NCBI GenBank assembly: GCA_002269645.1
Contig: NIVC01005222.1
Coordinates: 1-20,420, forward strand
DNA from: Macrostomum lignano
Taxonomy: Eukaryota
Direction: 5' to 3'
DNA: 20,420 nucleotides
Below the pieces are notes generated by a model, which was not told the DNA's origin, made no database searches, and saw only the letters and a list, made by a program, of their open reading frames with translations. Numbering within the stretch: position 1 is the stretch's first letter; each line of letters begins with the position of its first letter. This document shows, in pieces, positions 9,552-18,882 of the stretch. The position numbers and the translations under genes are program-made.

Positions 9552-10517
9552 TGTGCACTCTGATGTGCCTGATGTGCCTGATGTATGGTCTGATGTGCCT
9601 GATGTACCTGATGTGCCTAATGTATGGTCTGATGTGCCTGATGTACCTGATGTGCCTAATGTATGGTCTGATGTGCCTGATGTGCCTGATGTGCTTGAGG
9701 TGCCTAATGTATGGTCTGATGTGCCTGATGTGCCTAATGTATGTTCTGATGTGCCTGATGTGCCTGATGTGCTTGAGGTGCCTAATGTATGGTCTGATGT
9801 GCCTGAGGTGCCTAATGTATGGTCTGATGTGCCTGATGTGCCTGATGTGCTTGAGGTGCCTAATGTATGGTCTGATGTACCTGATGTGCCTAATGTATGG
9901 TCTGATGTGCCTGATGTACCTGATGTGCCTAATGTATGGTCTGATGTGCCTGATGTGCCTGATGTGCTTGAGGTGCCTAATGTATGGTCTGATGTGCCTG
10001 ATGTGCCTAATGTATGTTCTGATGTGCCTGATGTGCCTGATGTGCTTGAGGTGCCTAATGTATGGTCTGATGTGCCTGAGGTGCCTAATGTATGGTCTGA
10101 TGTGCCTGATGTGCCTGATGTGCTTGAGGTGCCTAATGTATGGTCTGATGTACCTGATGTGCCTAATGTATGGTCTGATGTGCCTGATGTACCTGATGTG
10201 CCTAATGTATGGTCTGATGTGCCTGATGTGCCTGATGTGCTTGAGGTGCCTAATGTATGGTCTGATGTGCCTGATGTGCCTAATGTATGTTCTGATGTGC
10301 CTGATGTGCCTGGTGTGCCTAATGTATGGTCTGATGTGCCTGATGTACCTGATGTGCCTAATGTATGGTCTGATGTGCCTGATGTGCCTGATGTGCCTAA
10401 TGTATGGTCTGATGTACCTGATGTGCCTAATGTATGCTCTGATGTGCCTGATGCACGCTCTGATGTGCCTGATGTGCCTTATGTGCGCTCTAGTGTTGCC
10501 TGGTGTGCACTCTGATG
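9552..10517. repeat. Compound 9/12-bp minisatellite (gatgtgcct variants plus aatgtatggtct) with a 273-bp higher-order repeat
   Basis: The diagnostic tgt variant recurs at 9742, 10015 and 10288 (273-bp spacing). The array is bounded by a 14-bp direct repeat tgtgcactctgatg (9552-9565, 10504-10517). Confidence 0.97.
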
Positions 10518-10646
10518 GCACAGGCTCGATTCCAAGTTCTGTCACATTAATCTGGGGGCTAAATCAGAATCTCCGCTTGGGTCTGCTCGTACAATTAATT
10601 ACAATTAATTGAGGAGCCAAAGCACAGTGAAGTGAACATGCCTAAC

Positions 10647-11225
10647 GGCCCCTGTACACTCCTGTGTGTCCGCGCGCTTTTGTGCCTGCTCAGGGGAGTC
10701 GGCAGAATGGGCTGTAATGCCTCGCCGGTTGTGTGACAATGTCGCTTGAAGTGCGCCAGGGTGCACACAGCCCCCGGCTCTAATAAAAATCACTTCGTTC
10801 ACTTCGATTTCCTTCTCAGTATTCTACTAATCAGTAGTATAGACGTTATATTTTCATTCTTCTTTCCACTTTTCTTCCCTTTTACGATTCTCCATTATTT
10901 TCTTGAAACACACCAGGCTAGACTCGTCTTCTTTGCTAATCTCTGAATCTAGTCGCGCCGGGCGGATCTTGGAAAAGCTCTGGTCCTGGACAAATTGTTG
11001 TCTATCTGTTTTAATTTTTTGACTCGCTTAGAAAATAATTATTCGTTCCATTATGAAAATGGTGCCTGAATTTGAAAATTATGAAAATCTAATTTGTGAA
11101 TAGTAATTTTATTAATTGCGAGAAGAACGCCTTCCGCAATATTCTTTTAAGTTGTCTTGTCTACAGAAAAGTACATCAATGCACTTTCGAATGCTACGAG
11201 CGTAGCTACTCAATTGAATAAAGAT
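10647..11225 (+). repeat. Dispersed repeat, copy B (diverged homologue of 3132-3715)
   Basis: Same collinear blocks as copy A. Confidence 0.85.
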
Positions 11226-11589
11226 TTCAACTGGATTCGACCTTCAACCATCAGACTAAAAACAACTGAACTCATTTTCAACAAACGCAGCTATTTCTAC
11301 TTATAGTAGTTCGTAGCAAAATAGTGCAGTTTGTATCTACGTGTACTGTTTCGCTATAACTGCTTCATTATTCTGACCATTTGTATAATATACTGTCACC
11401 CAAACACCATCACACATGACTTCTTTCCCACACGTTTATTATTCATCAACTCTTCCTTACATTGGCCTGAAAAAGGTGGAATAATGGCCACGAATGTGTG
11501 GAATATTGGCCTTAAATGTGTGGCATCTGTGCTGGACAAAATGCAGATAAAATGCACTTGTTTAGCATGCAGCTTGACTGGAAAACTCG

Positions 11590-11665
11590 GACGCTAACGC
11601 GCGCTCGTATTTCGGCTCGAGCTCGGCTACATGCCTGCCATTGGCTGAGCTCTTCTACCCAATCA
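11590..11665 (+). promoter_or_regulatory. Candidate proximal promoter of the ANK-cGLR gene (CpG-rich patch with two opposed CCAAT boxes)
   Basis: attgg at 11640-44 and ccaat at 11659-63, following a CpG-dense stretch about 125 bp upstream of ATG 11789. Motif evidence only. Confidence 0.25.
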
Positions 11666-11788
11666 AATTCTGTTCGCGCATTTAAACCGCTCTCACTCGT
11701 AATTTTCTCTCCGTTTCGCTCAAGCCTCTCCAAATGAGATCGAAAGCTGCCCCTACAGTTTGCTCAGCTTGTGCTGTCTGAGTTGAAA

Positions 11789-14700
11789 ATGCTCCAGACA
11801 ATTCTGTTGCTGCTCATGCAGACTGCTGGCAAGTATGCGGAACAGAGAGACAATGACTGCTCATCTCAGCTCAGCGCAGCCATATTAAATGGCAACATTG
11901 AAACCGTGGACAGTTGCCTGGTCAGACATGTCGACGTCAACAGGCTCGCGCCATTCAAAGGCAGCTGGCTGGCTCCTGTGCATCTCGCGTGTGCATTCGG
12001 ACAGAGGGAGATTCTCGATAAGCTAATAAAAGCAGAAGCCGATGTTGACCTTCAACTCAGCAACGGGATGTCGGCCCTCTTCATCGCGTCTGGTAATGGG
12101 CAGGTGGAAGTTGTGGACTTGCTCATCAAGGCTCAGGCGGATGTGAATCTTCGGGAAGCAAGCGGGCGCTCGGCCCTCAACGTCGCCTCACAAGAGGGCC
12201 ATTTCCAGGTAGTGGAATCCCTGATCAAAGCGCATGCGGACCCCAACTTACAAGACAATGCAGGCTATTCACCTGTTTTTATCGCATTGCATTGCGGGCA
12301 CCAGAGAGTGGTGAAGTCCCTGCTTAAAGCGAGTGCGGATCCCAACTTGGGCAGGAAAGATGGTGTCTCATCTTTGCACATCGCATCGCAACTGGGCGCT
12401 AAAGATGCGATGCAACTTCTTGTCAAAGCACTCGTGGATCTTGACATTCAGGAAGCACATGGCTGCACACCTCTTTACTTGGCATCGCAGAGCAACAGCA
12501 TGGAAGTAGCGAACTGCCTACTGACCGCACAGGCGGATCCGAATCTCCAGGTCGTTAGTGGAATTTCACCTCTGGCATTCGCAGCTCAGAAAGGCGGCTG
12601 TCGGGTAATTGAGGCGCTCTTGAAAGGGCGCGCTAATGTCGACATTCAAGAAGTCTATGGGCGCGCGCCGCTGTACGTTGCCTCCGAAAATGGCCATCAC
12701 CAAATTGTAGACTTACTCATCAAGTCTCAAGCAAGCATCGATCTTCAAGAATTGAGGGGTCGGACGCCTCTCTACATTGCAGCAGAAAATGGTCACGAAC
12801 GGGTGGTAAATTTTCTTATTGAGGCGCAAGCCGATTTAAACCTGCAAGAAATTGAAGGGTGCTCGCCTCTCTTCATTGCCTCACAGCAGGGGCATCACCG
12901 AGTTGTCATTAAGGCGCAGGCTGACGTCAATTTGCAGGGAATCGGCGGAGGATCGCCTCTCTTCATAGCATCGCAGAATGGTCATTGGGAAGTGGCTGAA
13001 TCTCTCATAAATCAGAATGCCGACGTCAACCTGCTAACAGACGAGGGAATATCACCGCTTTATATCGCCGTGCAGAATGGCTACTACAGGATAGCTAAAC
13101 AACTGATTGAGGCCGATGCCAAAGTCGATCTTCAAGAGAAGCACGGTCGCTCTGCGCTTCACATTGCAGCTCATTCCGGTCAACGCCTAGCGGTAGAGCT
13201 GCTCATCAAAGGCCAGGCTGATGTCAACCTTCGTGAAAGCGACGGATCTTCACCTCTATTTGCGGCAGCATTGCGGGGACACCACAGTGTAGTAAGCGCT
13301 CTTATCGAAGCTAAGTCAGAAGTCGATTGCGTGCAAAGGGACGGTGCAACTTCGCTCTTTGTTGCCTGTCAAAATGGTTTTATAGAAGTAGCGCGTTCGC
13401 TAATCAAAGCTCGGGCTGATGTCAATCTCCAGAGAGACAATGGTGCATCGCCACTCTACACTGCCTCCGAAAACGGACATACTGCAGTGATTGAATTGCT
13501 GATCATGGCGCAGGCTGATATTAATCTTCAAAGGAAAAACCGCATGTGCCACTGCATTGCTTCTCAAAATGCAAGCGGAAATGGACTTTCTAATCAAAGC
13601 GCTCGCTAATGTCGATGCCGTCAGTGACACTGGGTCTTCACCTATTTCACCGCTTCTCAAAATGGCCATCATCGAGTAGTGCACTTACTTATTAAGGCTA
13701 ATGCAAGTGCTAATCAACAACTCCTCAATGGCTGCTCTCCCCTGTACGCTGCATCGGAAAGCGGTCATCGGCAGGTCGTTGGGCTGTTAATTAAGGCTCA
13801 AGCCGACGCCAACTTGCCCAGTAGGAATGGCTGCTCACCTCTTTTCGTGGCATCGCAGAACGGCCACGAGCAAGTAGTAAAACTGCTTATAGAAGCCGGG
13901 GCCGTCGTTAATCTTCAAGACATCGAAGGACGCTCAGCCCTCTTCATTTCCTCACAGCAGGGTCATCATCAAATAGTGGAAAACCTCATCAAAGCAGAAG
14001 CTGATCTAAATGCTCAAGATTTTCAAGGCTGTTCACCCCTATACATCGCATCGCAGCAAGGGCATTCAAAAGTTGCACTTTCGCTGATAAAGGCAAACGC
14101 GGACGTGAACCAGCAAAAGCATGACGGAGTGACGCCACTTCATATCGCATCACAGAACGGTTTCGCTGAAATCGTGGAAGCCCTGCTCGAGGCAAGAGCA
14201 GAAGTCGGTCTTTTATCTGAATCAGGTCAGTCGGCTCTAACGGCTGCATTTCATGGTGGCCATCGTGCTGTGATGTCTCTACTGATCAAGTCAATGGGAG
14301 GCAGGATAGTTCCCAATACAGGTAGTGTCGTCTCAAAAACAGGCTCTGCTAATTTCTTTGACGAGTTACTTTCGGGGTGAGTTTATTGCGAGCGTACATA
14401 AATTCGCTATAAAAGTTAAATAGGAATTACAAACACGATTAAAACTTGTTAATTTCCATCTCCTAGCAAACTTTGCTCACTGATAATCCTCTTCATTTTT
14501 CAGGTCGGCTCTCGTTGAATACCGACTGAGCCAGCGGCTCTCTTCTGCTCTGTGTAAGTCAGGATTTGTTGATTCCAGAGCCGCCCTACAGAGTGCAGTC
14601 GCCGATGTCTTGCAAGCAATACTGCAGAATCGGCGGTCGGACAAGTCCTTTGTTGTCGGAAGCTACTCAGAAGGCTGGGGCAACAATCTGAAGACGCTGG

Positions 14701-16366
14701 ATGGCCGGACGGACTCGGAGTCCGATATTGACGTGATGAGTCTAATTCCTGGTAGGCTGTACCATCTGAGGGGCATCTGCAGTGCTGATTGTAGCGATGC
14801 GAAGGAGCACGTAGATTACATTAACGGCCACGTAAAAATACCCGGATATGGTAAATAAGCAAACAATTTGTGTTGAAACCAGCAGTATCTGAGTAAAATT
14901 TCTGCAGTAGAATTTCGTTTACATTTTAGCCTCCAGCCCAGCGACCCCCTTTCACGGATCTTCACTCAAGCCAGCCGTGGATCAGGTCGATGCCAGCCGT
15001 CTCTGCCGCTACCCGCCCATCGCTCCTCTTCAGCCTGACAGAGTCATCAAATCCAACATCCCTCAGCACCTACTGGAGTCACTGAGGCAGGAGCTGCTGG
15101 CTTCGCCATGCCACGTGGTCCATGCTGCTTCTCCAGGTCAAGACGGCGAACAGCTTCGTGTGAGCACCACATTCCTAGAGAAGCGAATGCTCAGAAGTCT
15201 CTCCACCCTACAGGGCCAGCTATTTATCGTACTAAAGTATTTGATTAAGAAGATTATTTCAAATAAATACGGCTTCAACGTGGCCGGATTCAAGTCTTAT
15301 CATGCCAAAACTATCACATTCCGAATGGTGGAGGAAACACCAAGGGAACTGTGGAAGCCAGAAAACCTCTTGAGCCTCGTGAGAAGATCGCTGCACATGC
15401 TACTTGACTGTGTGGAAAGCAGTCATACCCCGATAATGCTCATGGCCGGGTCATGAACCACTTCTTTCTGTGCAATGCAGACATTTACCTAAAAGGAGTG
15501 GAGCAGAAGGGTAGTGGTGTGAGCGCAGCTTTTGAAAAAGCCGCAGTTACCCTTTGATCGACTACCTGCCCCAGCTGCTGCTTCAGTTCCAAAGCAGTCT
15601 GAAGCCGGCCAGCAACTCCGGCAGGTTCTACTTTCACCCGTTCCTCCTCTTGCCACATTTCTGCATGTCCCAGAGACCCGCGTTGAGTTCTGGCAGCCTT
15701 GAATTTCACGAGATCTACTATGTGGTCAGAGAAGCCATCGAGCGACTTTCTCACGGAGACTGTGGCAAGGAGTCCCAAGAGACTCTCACAGCACTGCTTG
15801 CCAGACTGCCAGACTGCGCCTTCTCAGCTCGAGAAGCACTCAGAATTGTTGCCAGTCTGAAATTCGGCTACCGAAGCACCGCGAAGAGAATAATTGACAA
15901 CTGCAGGGGCCATGTAGTGAGCCGCGGCATCGACTGGTCCACTGAAAGGACCGCAACTGACGCCACCGTTGAGTTCGTGTGGCGACATCTGAAAAGTCGA
16001 GACTCACTGTGGAGATTTTGCTTTGAATTCAGCCAGCGACCGGCATTAGTAAGAGAATTGTCTGCGGATATCTCAGAGTGCTTTCCCATCAGGATGAGCA
16101 ACTACGAGACATATTTCTATGTGAACTTCGACGCTCTGCTGCAGTCGCTTCGCCTGGAGTTGTGTGGAGTTGGTGACGCGGATGCGCTGGACTGGATCCG
16201 GGATATGGCCCGGCGTGAGGATGCGGATGAGCAGGAGCTGCTATCAGCTGCTCTCTACTCACCGGACTCCGAGCAGGTAGCGTCACTAACACTGAAGCTG
16301 AGACACCTGGTCGGCCCAGTTCCCGCCTGGTTTCTGGACCGCCTGGCAACCAAATGGCGGCTGTAG
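11789..16366 (+). CDS. Ankyrin-repeat (~25) + Mab-21/cGAS-like (cGLR) nucleotidyltransferase fusion protein, ~1,460 aa; exons 11789-14376, 14504-14850, 14930-16366; small frameshifts at ~13571/13646, ~15430, ~15553
   Basis: About 25 repeats of type GxSPLxxAxxxGHxxVVxxLIxAxADVNL. Phase-2 intron GG|gtgagt..tttcag|G and phase-1 intron G|gtaaat..ttttag|CC both join in frame. NTase motif VVGSYSEG-x17-DIDVM, third acidic residue in AVDQVDA, and Mab-21 motifs LRVSTTFLEKRML, LKYLIKK and KSYHAKTITF. A C-terminal helical extension ends LATKWRL*. The start codon is uncertain (11789 or 11816, or an upstream exon spliced at 11821/11822). Confidence 0.9.
14504..15560 (+). other. Mab-21/cGAS-like nucleotidyltransferase domain of the fusion gene
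   Basis: The GS and DxD motifs are in exon 2. The third Asp and the Mab-21 helical lobe motifs are in exon 3. Confidence 0.88.
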
Positions 16367-17470
16367 AGTTTGTGAAGATGTAGAGAACTGCGGTCTGTCG
16401 GCAGCGCTCTTTTGGTGACGCTCTTGTGATCATACGGTTAACTGATTTCTTCTTTAAAAACACATGTTTTCCTTCAGAAATTCCCTGTTTAAAATGCCAA
16501 CATTCTCCTTTAACAACTGAAAACGCCTGTAGAGTTGTAGATGGTAGACATCCTCATCCAAAAAGAACAGTGTACATGTACAGATGCTAATGTGCATATG
16601 TGGATACTTGTATGGCTATTTTTTCTTTCGCTTCCTATTCCCAACGCCCCAGCTACAATTTCCCAAATCCTTAGTGTATGTGCACTACAGTACAGTATTT
16701 GCACCAGCGCTTGTAATTGCTTTAAAATCGCGTCATTTTCTAATGACGACTGGAGCATTGCGGCAGTGCGGCCTGAGTTGGAGTAGCTGCTCGCCAATGC
16801 GTAAACAGGTAGAGTTTTTATGTACATTCATACTGTGCCTTCTGTGAGTATAGTACAGCAAAACGAAAAGCCATGAGCGCTGTTTTGAACCTTATAATTA
16901 GAGCAGCTCACAAGAGTACAGCAAACTCAGTCTAAAGTTATAGAAACATTTGCTGCTATACGTACGCAGCTGGGCAGACTGACGCTCAGGCGGCAGGGTA
17001 AGAGCTGCACTGCATCACCATGATCGATAAGCCATAGGCGTAGGGTGATGGCATGGAGTTGCAGGTACATTTGAGCCCCATGATACCGTGTGCACGGTGC
17101 AGCTCTTTAACTGGTGCATGTACTCAGTGCTTGCTCTTGCTGCAAAGTTAAACACTTGTATACTAGGGTACTGTAGCTATAGCAGAGTGCCGACACTGAC
17201 TAGTGGCGAGAAATCCGAAAGTTGCACTATTATGCATGTAGCTGCTGTACGCGAATGCACATGTGTGGCTTCGGGTACATGTAGGTCTCATGTACATGCA
17301 CTAATTTTAATGTCCCTAACCATGTACCTGCAGTTCAGGGAAGCAGCCAGACTGACAAAAAACCGAGAACTCAAACCGCTCCTGGCCTATCGCCATTTCG
17401 AATCTCACTTTTGGACACATTTCAAAGCTTACATACGCAACAGCATGTAATAAAATGTTTCTATCCCTGC

Positions 17471-18218
17471 GACATGCTTTTGGCGCCATTGTCAGAAACC
17501 CTTGACATGCACTGGCGCCATGTACTGTCAGAAACTCCTGACATGCTCTGGCACCATTGTCAGCAACCTCTGACATAATCTGGCACCACTGTCAGAAACC
17601 TCTGACATGCTCTGGCACCATTGTCAGAAACATCTGACATGCTCTGGCACCATTGTCGGAAACCTCTGACATGCTCTGGCACCATTGTCAGAAAGCTCTA
17701 ACATGCTCTGGCACCATTGTCAGAAAGCTCTAACATGCTCTGGCACCATTGTCAGAAACATCTGACATGCTCTGGCACCATTGTCGGAAACCTCTGACAT
17801 GCTCTGGCACCATTGTCAGAAAGCTCTAACATGCTCTGGCACCATTGTCAGAAACATCTGACATGCTCTGGCACCATTGTCGGAAACCTCTGACATGCTC
17901 TGGCACCATTGTCAGAAAGCTCTGACATTCTCTGGCACCACTGTCAGAAACATCTGACATGCTCTGGCACCATTGTCGGAAACCTCTGACATGCTCTGGC
18001 ACCATTGTCGGAAACCTCTGACATGCTCTGGCACCATTGTCAGAAACATCTGACATGCTCTGGCACCATTGTCAGAAACCTCTGACATGCTCTGGCACCA
18101 TTGTCAGAAACTCCTAACATGCTCTGGCACCATTGTCAGAAAGCTCTGACATGCTCTGGCACCATTGTCAGAAAGCTCTGACATGCTCTGTCACCATCGT
18201 TGGAAAACCGTTACATGC
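17471..18218. repeat. 32-bp tandem array, ~23 copies, each with an internal 7-bp hairpin
   Basis: Unit tggcaccattgtcagaaacctctgacatgctc at 32-bp spacing (17581, 17613, 17645...). tgtcaga/tctgaca are reverse complements around a 4-nt loop. There are no spacers. Confidence 0.98.
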
Positions 18219-18720
18219 CTTAATGAAGGAGGCTTCACCCGAAGATAATTATACATTTATGTACCAAAAAACGAATTTGTATTTCATCAAACAGCAAAAA
18301 TGAAAAAAACATTTCGCTTCAAACACGAGAGCAGACATTTACAGTCAGAGAAACAAAAATATTCATAGAAGTCAAACAAATAAGAACACAAAAAATATTG
18401 TCGACGCATCAGCTTCACACCCGCTACTTGCTACTGAAGCCAGTAGTGTAATCGAGACAGAAAAATGGAGAAGCACTCAGTCAGGAGGATATTAGAATTC
18501 TGGCTTTGTGTACAGGCGGCATGGCAGGTTGGGTCCACGCGAACAGTTCAGACCTGCCAAGCTGAATTTTATGTACAGAAATTTTTACTGAGAAACAAGC
18601 TAAGGAGGCATTGATGAGTAAAAAATAAAGATACTGTTTGCTGCTCAGTTAACTGAAAATGTCTAAAAAACGAGTGCACACAATCACACATGCTCAGCAT
18701 TTCAACGGTATGTACATGCT

Positions 18721-18850
18721 CAAATATTGGTTGTCAATAGGGCCATTCGGTTGCTAAGGGCGTTAATATTGGTCAAATATTGGTTGCTAGGGGCACCACA
18801 AGTTTTATTGGCTTGCTAAGTATATTAAAGTGTTTATCCGTTGCTAAGGA
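18721..18850. promoter_or_regulatory. Cluster of 4 ATTGG (CCAAT) and 4 TTGCTA(A/G)G (RFX X-box half-site-like) motifs
   Basis: attgg at 18726, 18768, 18779 and 18807; (g/c)ttgcta(a/g)g at 18750, 18783, 18812 and 18840. Function not shown. Confidence 0.3.
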
Positions 18851-18865
18851 CGCTGTCGAAAGCTT

Positions 18866-18871
18866 TTTATT
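18866..18871 (-). terminator. AATAAA polyadenylation signal of the minus-strand gene
   Basis: tttatt on plus, 11 nt beyond the TGA at 18885-18883. A second copy is at 18804-18809. Confidence 0.5.
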
Positions 18872-18882
18872 GCAAAGGCCGG

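Noticed and set aside
9535-10612. RHIRHI (minus) and CLMCLM (plus) long ORFs
   Set aside because: These are by-products of 3n-length repeat units lacking stops, with no non-repeat coding context.
16500-17450. Several short ORFs and tgtacatgtaca-type palindromes
   Set aside because: No protein-like signal. Short TACATGTA palindromes alone are not informative.
17471-18218. CRISPR array (32-bp palindromic repeat)
   Set aside because: Units are head-to-tail with no unique spacers, there are no cas genes, and the context is intron-containing eukaryotic DNA. The same applies to the 41-, 58- and 96-bp arrays.
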